DNA of 64,000 nucleotides from assembly GCA_963676915.2 (NCBI GenBank), contig CAXXVK010000027.1, positions 69,797 to 133,796 of the forward strand, in the 5' to 3' direction. This stretch comes from Myxococcota bacterium (GTDB lineage: Bacteria; Myxococcota_A; SURF-8; G963663525). The number at the start of each line of letters is the position of its first letter. Position 1 is the first letter of the stretch. This document shows, in pieces, positions 19,267 to 29,344 of the stretch. Position numbers and translations under genes: made by a program. Under the pieces are notes generated by a model. It ran no database searches. It was not told the DNA's origin and saw only the letters and a program-made list of their open reading frames with translations.

Positions 19267-20523
19267 CTACCAGTGCAACACTCCGTATACGCCATCGTAT
19301 CCCGGTTCCATTTTGTACCGACGGGTCTTGATGCGCTCGATGGCTTCGACCACTCTTTCGTCGATCACGCCTTTCAGCGTTTCGACGACATCCCCCGGCG
19401 ACATACGCCAGAGTTCCGCTTCGTTTCCCATCGCATCGAGAATCGCATGGTAGATGGAAAGCACGCGTTTGCTCAACGGATTTTTCACGCCAAGCGCCAG
19501 AGCGACGACCTCAACCAGCGGAACGGCATGAACAAACGGCGGATGCTTGTGCGTCGCCTCTCCGGGATGCCGGTTGCCTCCCTGAATTTTCGAAAGATCG
19601 TAGGCGCGTTGCGCCACACCGACGGTCAGTGCCTTGCCGCAGATCGGGCAGGTTTTCGGCGCTCGATCGACATCGTAACAACATGCATGTCCGTCATGTT
19701 TCATCTTGTCGCCGCGATGACCGGTCCAGTAATATTTTCCTTCCATGGGATTCATCTCGACGGTGCGTTCCACCTTTCGTTGACGAATGGCCTGCACGAT
19801 GCCTTCGAATCCGATCTGTTCGACCCGAAGTTCAGTGTATTCCCGTCCGAGCCGATCCGGTCGGGCGGAGTGACAATCCGAATTCGATAACAATGTGAAA
19901 TGATCCAGTTCCGGAATCAGGGACAATACTTCAGGATCGGCGGACAATCCTGTTTCCACGGCATGAATCAGAAGCAACACTTCGCCGAAAACATCCGCCA
20001 GGGAATCGACCGGATTTTTCGAACCAAGGATGCCTTCCGGGGTCATGACATGCGCCGGGAATTGTTCGATCGTTTCATGAATGTTCGCGATATTTTCCAC
20101 ACGTTCGCGCAATTGTTCCACCGAATCGCATGTAATGAATGGTCTTCCCACCGTGTTTTTTACATTCCAGTGTTCCATATGTTTCATCAACTCGGCAACG
20201 GTTTCGAAGGAAGGAAACAAGATGACCTGATGAAACGATTTTCGTCCTCCACAAGGATGTGGATAGGTGAAAACGACTTCGGTTTGCAATACCAGTGAAA
20301 TGTCGAAGCCGGGTAGCGTCCACAATCCGGGCTTCGAAGGTTCGAGATGACGTTGTAATAGAGAAAACCACTTGGGATGCAGAGCATCCCCGGTGCCGAA
20401 GACGTCGATTCCTTTGCGAGACATGGCAGGCAGCAACTCAGGAAGTTGCATTTGTCCGACGCCCCCAGAATATCCGGAATGAGAATGAAGATCGCATACG
20501 AGAAGAGAAGAATTCGGCATCAT
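19267..20523 (-). CDS. Endonuclease Q family protein (PHP domain + zinc finger)
   Basis: DLHSHS, GTGDALHPKW, PAHVMTP, ETGLSAD, SNSDCHS, LGRE, EGKYY..GHR, CPICG, PGYDGVYG. Confidence 0.88.
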   Translation of the reverse strand: MMPNSSLLVCDLHSHSGYSGGVGQMQLPELLPAMSRKGIDVFGTGDALHPKWFSLLQRHLEPSKPGLWTLPGFDISLVLQTEVVFTYPHPCGGRKSFHQVILFPSFETVAELMKHMEHWNVKNTVGRPFITCDSVEQLRERVENIANIHETIEQFPAHVMTPEGILGSKNPVDSLADVFGEVLLLIHAVETGLSADPEVLSLIPELDHFTLLSNSDCHSARPDRLGREYTELRVEQIGFEGIVQAIRQRKVERTVEMNPMEGKYYWTGHRGDKMKHDGHACCYDVDRAPKTCPICGKALTVGVAQRAYDLSKIQGGNRHPGEATHKHPPFVHAVPLVEVVALALGVKNPLSKRVLSIYHAILDAMGNEAELWRMSPGDVVETLKGVIDERVVEAIERIKTRRYKMEPGYDGVYGVLHW

Positions 20524-20639
20524 AATTCGCTGCTTTGTGTGATGTTGAACAAGAGGATACGTTTGTTTTCAATCGCAATTGATAACATAATATTTTCCTA
20601 TCACAGATCTTTTATTTTGTTGAAATTATTGCAAAATAG

Positions 20640-20667
20640 TTGACATCTTACGAATAGTCCATAAAGT
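20640..20667 (+). promoter_or_regulatory. Putative sigma70 promoter
   Basis: TTGACA-N16-TAAAGT in the AT-rich divergent intergenic region. Confidence 0.45.
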
Positions 20668-20714
20668 GAATATTATATTTTGTTTCATTTCTATCATATT
20701 TCGGAGAAACATCC

Positions 20715-21440
20715 ATGCGCGCCTTCAAAGAACTATCATCTTTTCTCGAAAAACAGATCCTGGCCATTCAATCCCAATGGAATGAAGCATTGGGCGAGCA
20801 GTCGAGCGACCTCGAACAGCTCCAAGCTCGGTATCTCGAACTACTCGACCTTAAAACCGATCTCGATCAATTTCGTGAAAAACTGATGGCTATAGGCGAA
20901 ACCGTAGAAACTCCTGTAGTGAAAAAAGCGAAACCGGCCAAGAAAACGGCGAGCAAAGCGAAAACGAAAAAAGCTCCTGCTGCCAAAAAATCGAAGAGCA
21001 AAGGGCCGAAACGCGCCAACGCCTACCCCAAAGGAACCGTTTTTCAGGCCAATTACAAAAAGACTCCGATCAATGTGATCGTCACGGCGGACAAAACCCT
21101 GGACTACAAGGGAAAAACCTTCAAGTCCATGCGTGAACTTTCAATGTACCTCAACAACGGTGTACCGTCGTATCTCGCCAGTTTGAAAAACTGGAACATC
21201 CTCCCTCCGGGAAAAGCTCCGGCTATTGTGGAAACTCCGAAAAAAGCCAAAAAGGCAGCTCCGGCAAAAAAGAAAAAACAAGCGGTGAAAAAAGCGGCAC
21301 CAAAAGCCAAAAAAGCTGAGAAAAAAGCCGCTCTTGCTACTCCCGTAAAAGACAAAGTCCCAGAAAAAAAAGTAAGTACACCCAACCCGCAAAAAGCTGA
21401 CAACAAAGCCACCGAAACAGGTCAAGAACCGAAAAAATAA
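20715..21440 (+). CDS. Putative DNA-binding protein: coiled coil + RAMA/DUF4357-like domain + histone-H1-like K/A/P tracts
   Basis: Heptad-like N-terminus; KKAKPAKK/KKAAPAKK repeats flank GTVFQANYK...VTADKTLDYKGKTFKSM...KNW; GGAGA RBS. Confidence 0.6.
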   Translation: MRAFKELSSFLEKQILAIQSQWNEALGEQSSDLEQLQARYLELLDLKTDLDQFREKLMAIGETVETPVVKKAKPAKKTASKAKTKKAPAAKKSKSKGPKRANAYPKGTVFQANYKKTPINVIVTADKTLDYKGKTFKSMRELSMYLNNGVPSYLASLKNWNILPPGKAPAIVETPKKAKKAAPAKKKKQAVKKAAPKAKKAEKKAALATPVKDKVPEKKVSTPNPQKADNKATETGQEPKK

Positions 21441-21520
21441 CGATCCTTGCGGTTTTCCCTGGACGTTTCGAGGCGGATGCGTTGGTATTACGGTAGTTGA
21501 AAACCACCTTCGGGATAGGA

Positions 21521-22237
21521 ATGATGAAAAACGCTCGTTTGCTTCGAAACGTTTCGGTTTGCTTCCTTTTTTTGGCGCTTTGTTTCGTTCTTGTGGGATA
21601 TGTCGAAAGTCTGGAGGAACTGACCCAGCCGTTCTTCAAACACATGGAACGCTGGGAAGGCGTGCAGGTCACGATGGAACGCATCGACCCGTCGGCGGAG
21701 TCTTCCGCACCCCGGCAACACCTCCAGCTTTCGGTGTTTTTTCCCGGAAACGTTCGTCTCGAAACCCTGGGAGACGATGCGGCTGCCATTCGAACGTCCA
21801 AGGGGAAAACCAACGATGCATTTCGCGGCTTGCCGTCACATGTGAGAACGTTTCTCGATCTGTATCCTTCATTGACAAGTTATGATCGATTCGCTCGTGT
21901 GTTGAAAAAACACGGCATCGCCACAACACCCACTCGGTTGGATCGGATCGGCAAGCAGGTTTGTCTCGTGGCGGGGGCAACCGCCGATCAGCCCGGAAAA
22001 CCTCAAGTCTGGCTGGACAAATGGCGAGCGGCTCCCGTGCGCGTGCTTGCCGAGGGAAACGACGAAAAAGCCCTACGTCTGGAATTGCACAATTGGACCA
22101 GCCCCGTCACTGACGACCGCTTCCCGCAAGTCATCGATTTCATATTGGATGAAAACGTGGTCGAACGTTGGGAGACGATTTCGGTAAAACGACTCGACAA
22201 ACCGGGCAAACTTTTCAAACTGGAAGAAAAAAAATAA
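21521..22237 (+). CDS. Exported hypothetical protein, possibly LolA-like fold
   Basis: Hydrophobic N-terminal segment; PGNVRLE and QVWLDKWRAAPVR resemble LolA-superfamily strands. Confidence 0.5.
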   Translation: MMKNARLLRNVSVCFLFLALCFVLVGYVESLEELTQPFFKHMERWEGVQVTMERIDPSAESSAPRQHLQLSVFFPGNVRLETLGDDAAAIRTSKGKTNDAFRGLPSHVRTFLDLYPSLTSYDRFARVLKKHGIATTPTRLDRIGKQVCLVAGATADQPGKPQVWLDKWRAAPVRVLAEGNDEKALRLELHNWTSPVTDDRFPQVIDFILDENVVERWETISVKRLDKPGKLFKLEEKK

Positions 22238-22242
22238 TTTCC

Positions 22243-23205
22243 TTATTTTTCGGAAGTTTCCGCGCCTTCCGGGATCAATTCCTGATCTCGAATCATTTGC
22301 AGGTCGTCGTTCAGATGGCGTCCTCGGGTGGTTAGATAGTTGCCGATCATCATCCCGTTGGCGCCTGCCAGAAAGATCCAGGACTGCATCTCGCGCAAAT
22401 TGAACTCTCGCCCTCCCGCGATGCGAATTTCTTTGTCCGGCATCATCAACCGTGTCACGGCAATGGCTTTTAACGCTTCCGTCGGTGTGAGATCGTGCTT
22501 GCCTTCCAGTGGGGTGCCATCGATGGGAACAAGGAAGTTCAGCGGTACGCTATCCACATCGAGATCTCGAATGGTTTCCAGCAGTTCCACGCGCTGCTCG
22601 GCGTTCTCTCCAAGGCCGAAAATTCCTCCGCAGCAGATCGACAACCCGGCTTTTTTCGCAGTACGGACCGTTTCTACCGCTTGATCGTAGGGATGGGTGG
22701 TGCAGATATTCGGAAAATGGCTACGAGCCGTTTCCAGGTTGTGGTGAAATCGTTCCAGGCCGGAACGACGCAAGAAGATCAGTTCGTCTTCCTTGAGCAT
22801 TCCAAGCGAGGCGCATGGCGTTACCGTACCTTCTTCCTTCATGCGGGAGATGGCACGAGCCAGCGTTTCCAGGTCGCGGCCCGGACGCACTGCTGTTCCC
22901 GAGGTAACCAGTCCCAGCCTTTCGGCTTTGTCGCGACTCGCATTTCGTGCCGCTTCGAGCATCGTGTCTTCGTCCACCAGCGGCCAACGTTCGATCGGAG
23001 CGCGATTGCGGGACGACTGAGCACAGAACGCGCAGTCTTCGGCACAACCACCGCAACGGGCGTTTAGAATGGCGCACAATTGCACATGATGACCGAAATG
23101 TTTTTCACGCAACCGACCGGCGCGGGCCAGGAGGTCGTAGAAATCGCTTCCGGTAGCATGGATGCGTTCGAGGGCTTCCTCGGTGGAGATACCGTTTCGG
23201 CTCAT
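22243..23205 (-). CDS. bioB: Biotin synthase
   Basis: CAEDCAFCAQS radical SAM motif, HHNLET, CCGGIFGLGE, IRIAGGRE, GNYLTT. Confidence 0.95.
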   Translation of the reverse strand: MSRNGISTEEALERIHATGSDFYDLLARAGRLREKHFGHHVQLCAILNARCGGCAEDCAFCAQSSRNRAPIERWPLVDEDTMLEAARNASRDKAERLGLVTSGTAVRPGRDLETLARAISRMKEEGTVTPCASLGMLKEDELIFLRRSGLERFHHNLETARSHFPNICTTHPYDQAVETVRTAKKAGLSICCGGIFGLGENAEQRVELLETIRDLDVDSVPLNFLVPIDGTPLEGKHDLTPTEALKAIAVTRLMMPDKEIRIAGGREFNLREMQSWIFLAGANGMMIGNYLTTRGRHLNDDLQMIRDQELIPEGAETSEK

Positions 23206-23321
23206 GGATCGTCCTTTTCGTATCCTCGTTAACAAGGGGAAACAAACGGGAACCAGCCCTTTTATAGTCGAGCTTTTACGAAATGAAAAGGAAGGATCGC
23301 AGGCAACGTTCTCATCCTACG

Positions 23322-23353
23322 AAAAACGCCCCCGTGTTGTGCACACGAGGGCG
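23322..23353 (-). terminator. Intrinsic terminator of the beta-propeller gene
   Basis: Minus strand CGCCCTCGTGT..ACACGGGGGCG hairpin followed by TTTTT, about 25 nt after the stop codon. Confidence 0.7.
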
Positions 23354-23378
23354 AAAAAAAGCAGGTTGTGAGTTCGAG

Positions 23379-26300
23379 TTACAGGGCGATTTCGAGGATG
23401 CCAGCCCACCCGACCGAAATGTACAGCGTGTCACCCTGACGGACGCCGCCGTTGGCGAAGCTGTAGTATCCGCCGACACCGGTCAGCGGCTCGTCGATTT
23501 CCACTGTCGATCCATCCGGGGAGATGTACATCAGGTGCATTCTCGTGGTGGATACACGGTTGCTTTCGTCAAGCGTCAGTCGCACGAGCATTCCGCCACC
23601 CTGGACTTCGGTCACGTCGTGGCCACCGGGAGCGGTGATCGTGGCTTTCGCCTCGCCCGTTTCGGCGTCGATGACGGTAACGACTGCTTGCTGGTAGGGC
23701 ACGACCTCGGTTTCGTCCACCTCGTTGGGTTCCTCCTCGCAAGGATAGCCATAGGCCATGGTGGCGGTTCCATTTCGTGAATCCAGGTATTGCTGAGCCA
23801 CCAGGAAGAGGGTTTTGTCCTGCACCACGAACGTCGTGTCGTTGGTGGCGTATTCCACGTTCTCGACCTCTGACGCCAGTCGTTTGAGATCGTCGGGATC
23901 TTCTTTGACATCCGTGCTTCCCTCTGAGGCTACGGGAACTTCCGCACCGTCTTTGATATCGGTGCTGTTGGAAGAGGTAGAATCCGGCTCGACGCTCGAA
24001 GAATCGTCTTGATATAAAGCGACATCATCATCGTCGCAACCATAGTAGTAGTAGCCGCCCCAACTATTTTCCAATTCGAAGCTTTTTACGATCTCCGCAC
24101 CCTCCGAACCCAGCGAAAGTACGTTGATCCAGTAGGTGTAGTACGAGCAGCCATCTTCGTCTTCTTCCCACTGGCGGTCACGGGTGTATAGAATGCGTCC
24201 GTCATCGCTGACACCGACGATTTCACCCGGCACGTTGACGCTGCCCTGACGGACCGGCGCCCAGGGTTCCGACGCATCGAACATCACCGAGAAACAGGCC
24301 AGCATCGGACGGCCGGAACCGTCGCGCCCGGCAGACTCACAGTGCGGGATGTAGATTTTATCGCCCCGGCTGACGAGTCGGGCCGGTTTGGGTAATCCGC
24401 TGTAATAGTAGGAATCGTAGTACGGCATCATCTGCGCTCGTACACTCGGTTCCGCTGCCACATCAACCGCAGGAGTTTCGACATCATAGTAATAATACCC
24501 GCCGTAATAATCGAGGTATTCGCGGAACAGGCTGCGGAAACCATTGAATCGTCCGTTTTCCACGAGTTTCACATTGGACGGGTCGCTGGCATCGAGGAAC
24601 TGAAGGTAGGCTTCGGCAGTCTGTTCGTCGTCGCTCCAGTCATAGGATACGCCCAAGTAGGCCAGTGCGCCGTTTTCGGTGACGCCCAGTCCGCTGCCCC
24701 ACTGATAATAGGCATCCGTGTCCTCTTCGCTGGGTAATTCCAGCCGGGTGACGCCCAGATGCTCGGGCGTGTCGCTTTCCAGGTCGAAGGCGTGAATCGC
24801 CATGGTACGTTCGCTCTGCCATTCGCCGGTCATGTTGTCCCAGGAGCCGTAACTCTCCGTAATCAGGTAGGAAGCATTCCCTCCCTGCAAGAGAGAAGCG
24901 CGGTCCGTAAAACCTTCGGCCTGGGCTTCGAGCATGTCGCTTTCGTAGGCCGGGCGGAAATCGCTGACGGTGAGATCGTAGGAACGAATCCGCAAGGTGT
25001 TGTCGTAGTACGCGCCACCCATGTCGCACAGTTTTTCGCCACATTGTTCCAAGTGACCGACATAATTGGCCGTTACGAGGCTGGAGGTTACTTGCGGGTT
25101 ATCCGGGTCTTGATAGTCGATCAACTGAATTTCCATTTCGGACAGCGAAGCGATGGACTGGCCGATGTGGATGCCGCGACGGACCGCACTGCGGGAATCG
25201 ACGTATCCGCGCTTGCGCAGCCCGTAATCGTCGGATGCGGGGTCCAGGTCGAAGCTGATGAAGGTCAACCGATGAGCCATGTTGCGCCAGTTGGTGGAAT
25301 AGGCTTCGCTGGGCATCAGAATCAACCCCAGGTCGGTGTACATCCGAAACGCTTTCCAGTCGTAAGTGGCTTCCGAGCTGGCGTATCCACCCTCATCGGC
25401 GATTTCGATGGTGTCGATTTCTGTCGGGTTGGTCGGATCGGCGATGGAATACATCGAGACTTTCGTTCCGCTTTGGCTTGAATCCTCGCCGGGAGCGATG
25501 ATGTGATCGCCGACGATTTGCATGTAAGTGGAGTATCCAGGCACTTCGAGCTGTCCCAGTTCGGTGGGGTTGTCCGGGTCGGAGAGGTCCACGACGTGCA
25601 GCGGGTCAACCTGTTCGAAGGTCACCACATACCCTCGATTGCCTGTGTACTGGGCCGATTTGATTTCCTGGTTGTAAATCAGGGTTACTTCGCCACGCTT
25701 GACGATGTTCATCGGGTCGGACACGTTGAACGTTTCCATCTTGGCCACCATTTCGCCTCCAATTCTGGCTGGCTACGGCGAACAGATCGCCGGTTTCGTG
25801 CATCCAGAAGCGGTCGGACACGATTCCCTTGAGCGTAAAAATCACCCTTCTTTTCGATTGCTCCCTGCGGGTCGCTGATATCGAGATAGGTGATTTTCGA
25901 ACCCTGTCCCCCTTCGGACCACTGATCGCCCGTCTGAGCGACATACAGGGCGGAGGTGGAAACGTACACCGTCCAGCTCCAGCTATCGGAGGTGAATTCC
26001 TCGCTGTCCACGAGTTGAATGTTCGAAGGGTCGCCGACCTGAATCGAACTGATGAGTGTGCGGGAGGTGTAGGAATTGTTGTAGCAATAACTATTATAAT
26101 AATTGTATCCGGTGGTAACCACGTAAATCACGTCGCCCACCTGGCGGCTATCGGAAACCTGACCGTCCAGATCGAAGGCGTTGAGCTGAATCGGCGAGGC
26201 GGGGTTGGACACATCGATGGCCAGCAAACGGCTCGACGTTTGCCCGGTTCCGTAATAATAATAGTCCTCGATCGGATTCAACAGCACATAGGCGACATCC

Positions 26301-26725
26301 TCGACGAGATACATTTCGGTGGGAATCCCCTGGAAAGCGACGTTGCCCAAAATCTCCATCTCAGCGGGATTTTGTGTATCGACGACATACAAGCCACGAT
26401 ATCGGTTGAGGGCATACAGGGTGGTTCCGTCCACGTAAAAGATATCGGACTCGACGATGTCCCGGTTTTCTGAACCGGTATCGCTGCTGTTTTGTTCCGA
26501 GGTGGAATCGTTGGCGGCTGTCGGAGCGGTGGTTCCGTCGTCAAGGGAGTTTTCGCCCCCAGCACGGGCATAATCGCTGGAAGAGTCGTTGTACTCACCG
26601 GCGGATTTGTACCGCATACTTTTGTACTCGTTGCTGCCGGAGTCGTCCGAGCAGGCCATACCGAGCGATGCCAGCCAAAGGGTGAATAGCGAAACGATCA
26701 ATACATGGAATTGGGTCGGTTTCAT
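23379..26725 (-). pseudogene. Beta-propeller domain (Beta_propel-like) lipoprotein split by two +1 frameshifts; may be an intact gene with assembly errors
   Basis: AAGGAGG RBS, lipobox GMA-C, ESDI motif; GIVSDRFWMHE lies in a second frame and YVVTFEQVDPL...PGYSTYM in a third; shifts near 25837-25841 (A5) and about 25755. Confidence 0.75.
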
Positions 26726-27052
26726 GGGATTTCCTCCTTGCGGACCGATTATTTCAAAGGGTGTTGTTTGATATTGCATGGAGCATGCCATTGTATCAAA
26801 ACAAAAAAACAAAAAACAGCGCAAAGATGCGTTTTTAGAAATATGCCTGTAAATTCTATGGGTTACAAAGTGTTTTTCGTGAAAAGCGCTTCGATGGATC
26901 CGGTTCATGGGAAAAATACCGGGGGGTGGTATGAGGGGAATGTCCGTTTTTCTGCATGACTGACATTTATGTCATAGAGGGGGTTCCGGTACCTATGGAG
27001 TTGTGAAAAAAGTCGTACCGTCATGCCTTCTTTTAAAAAACGAAAAAAATCG

Positions 27053-27120
27053 TTGACAAACGTTTGTTTAACTTTTACCCTGTGCAAAGTTAAACGCTTG
27101 ATTAAAACAATCGTTTGCTT
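27053..27120 (+). promoter_or_regulatory. Sigma70 promoter overlapped by putative TetR operators
   Basis: TTGACA-N17-TACCCT; perfect palindrome ACAAACGTTTGT (27056-27067) plus two degenerate copies (AAACGCTTGATT, CAATCGTTTGCT). Confidence 0.6.
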
Positions 27121-27135
27121 TGAACGAGGAACGTT

Positions 27136-28623
27136 ATGCGAAAAACCATCGACAGCTCTTTTCGAATTCTTTGTACAGCCGTTTGTCTCTGCTCTTTCGG
27201 AGTGTTGGGGGCTTCCGAAGCTCGCGCCCAGGGATTGTTCGAGCAGGCCGTCAGCGGTGAACTCGACACCGAAGACACCGACGAAGAAACACCGGAAAGC
27301 GACGAAAACCCCTCCAGCGGGTTGGGGTTTTCTACGGGCGGATTCAACTTCGAACTCAACGGCTACATTCGCGGCGATATGTACATGGGACGTATCCCGG
27401 AATCCGACAGCGCCGAAATCAAAAGCGGTTACGGTGAAGCCGCGCTGAAACTTCGCGTACGAAAAGGAAGTTACGGGAACGCCTATAGCGAAATCCGTCT
27501 TCGTCAGGGTTACGAATACGGCGAGCCGGTCACCGAGTTCGATTTGCGGGAGGCGTATATCAACCTGTTCGCCGGGCCATTCGATTTTCGCTTGGGACAA
27601 CAAATCGTCGTCTGGGGACGCGCCGACGCAATGAACCCCACCGACAACGTGACGCCGCGCTCGATGCGGGTCAAATCGCCCGACGAGGACGACCGGCGGC
27701 TGTCCAATTTCGCGCTACGGACGTTTTTCAATATGGCTCCGGTACGACTTGAAGGGGTCTGGGTTCCATTTTTCCGTTCCAGCGAACTGCCGCCCGTGCA
27801 CCTGGAACCGACGATCCATCTGAATACCGACGCCGGGCACTACCCCGACGCCAACGTCAAGAACGGCACTTTCGCCGGGCGCTTTCACCTGGAATTACCA
27901 GCCTTCGAAGCCAGTGTTTCGTATTTATACGGTCACGCCACGTTTCCCGGTGTCGTCTTCGAAGACGCCGCCATCGTGGACAACAACCTCAGCGTGGCCA
28001 TCACCACAGCCGCATATACCCATCAGGTCGTGGGTTTCGATTTCGCCGCCACGGCGGGCGACTGGTTCGGGCTGCGTGGCGAGGCGGCCTACAAACGACC
28101 GTTCGGTTACGGCGGCAAGGCGTACATCCCCAACCCCGACATTCAGGCCGTTTTGGGTATCGACCGGGAGTTTTTCGGGGAATTCAGCGTGATTGCGCAA
28201 TATTACGGACGCTACGTGTTCCACCATCGCAAAGCGAAAACCACGCCTATGCAGGAAGTCGATCCCAGCGCGCTTGCCGGTTTGAACGACGAAACACTCA
28301 ACTCGTTGGTGTCGGCGAACTCCGCCTCGTTGCTGCTGGTGAAAAATCAGATGATCGCCGGGCAGCAGGAAGAGTGGCAGCATTCCGCCATCGTACGGCT
28401 GGAATGGAAACTGCTCCAGGAAACTCTGAGTCTTGAGACGCTGGGAATGGTCAATTTCGTGACCGAAGAGGTCATGCTGCGACCCAAAGTGACCTACGAC
28501 ATCACCGATGCTTTCACGTTTACCGCTGGGGCGGAAGTGTATCTCGGACCCGACGACAGCCTGTACGGTTCCATCGAAGAAGTGCAGAGTGCCGGATTCG
28601 TCGAACTGATGATTTCGTTCTAA
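27136..28623 (+). CDS. Outer-membrane porin-like protein (DUF1302-like)
   Basis: Signal peptide (ARA), DLREAY...RLGQQIVVWGRAD..NPTD motif, C-terminal Phe. Confidence 0.75.
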   Translation: MRKTIDSSFRILCTAVCLCSFGVLGASEARAQGLFEQAVSGELDTEDTDEETPESDENPSSGLGFSTGGFNFELNGYIRGDMYMGRIPESDSAEIKSGYGEAALKLRVRKGSYGNAYSEIRLRQGYEYGEPVTEFDLREAYINLFAGPFDFRLGQQIVVWGRADAMNPTDNVTPRSMRVKSPDEDDRRLSNFALRTFFNMAPVRLEGVWVPFFRSSELPPVHLEPTIHLNTDAGHYPDANVKNGTFAGRFHLELPAFEASVSYLYGHATFPGVVFEDAAIVDNNLSVAITTAAYTHQVVGFDFAATAGDWFGLRGEAAYKRPFGYGGKAYIPNPDIQAVLGIDREFFGEFSVIAQYYGRYVFHHRKAKTTPMQEVDPSALAGLNDETLNSLVSANSASLLLVKNQMIAGQQEEWQHSAIVRLEWKLLQETLSLETLGMVNFVTEEVMLRPKVTYDITDAFTFTAGAEVYLGPDDSLYGSIEEVQSAGFVELMISF

Positions 28624-28675
28624 CGTCATCCTATTGTTTGAATGATTTGTACCATGAATTCCAAAGGAAGATCCG

Positions 28676-29344
28676 ATGCGTGAAAATCAAACCCATCACG
28701 AGCCGCCTACCGATCCGAGGCAACGCATCCTCAAAGAAGCGAAAATTCTTTTCGGTGCGCAGGGATTCTCGGCTACGGGCGTTCGTCAACTTGCCAAACG
28801 AGCCGATGTCAACGTGGCGATGATCAGCTACTATTTCGGATCGAAAAAAGGCGTGCTTTTGGCGATTTTGGAAGAGTTTTTCGCCGATTATTTCGACGTG
28901 ATGTCCTCAACGCTGCTCACCGACGAACCGTTGGAGGTCCGTTTACGTGCCTTTTTACGCAAATTCGTAACTCTCGTGCGCAACGAGCCGGGCTTGGTGC
29001 GGTTGGTGTTTTCCGATCAACATTCCGATCTGGTAGAGATTCTTGATTACAAAGCGGAACACATTCGAAAAATCAAGACCAAAGTGCTCGATAAACTAAG
29101 CGAGCAGCTACCGGAAGGACAGACGCTGCCGTTCACTCCCGAAATCATTTTTCCGGCGATCATGAGCACGGTGCTGTCGCATTTTATCGTGACTCCCGTT
29201 GCCGCCAAAGTCAGTGATATCGCGTTCGACGATGACTTTTTCGAGCGCTATCCCGATGAAATCGCCGATCTTATCACCATGGGACTGCCGGGCATGATCC
29301 AATCACGCCTCGTCGCCCGCATGAACGAGGAAGCTTCGAAATGA
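28676..29344 (+). CDS. TetR/AcrR family transcriptional regulator
   Basis: GFSATGVRQLAKRADVNVAMISYYFGSK HTH. Confidence 0.95.
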   Translation: MRENQTHHEPPTDPRQRILKEAKILFGAQGFSATGVRQLAKRADVNVAMISYYFGSKKGVLLAILEEFFADYFDVMSSTLLTDEPLEVRLRAFLRKFVTLVRNEPGLVRLVFSDQHSDLVEILDYKAEHIRKIKTKVLDKLSEQLPEGQTLPFTPEIIFPAIMSTVLSHFIVTPVAAKVSDIAFDDDFFERYPDEIADLITMGLPGMIQSRLVARMNEEASK

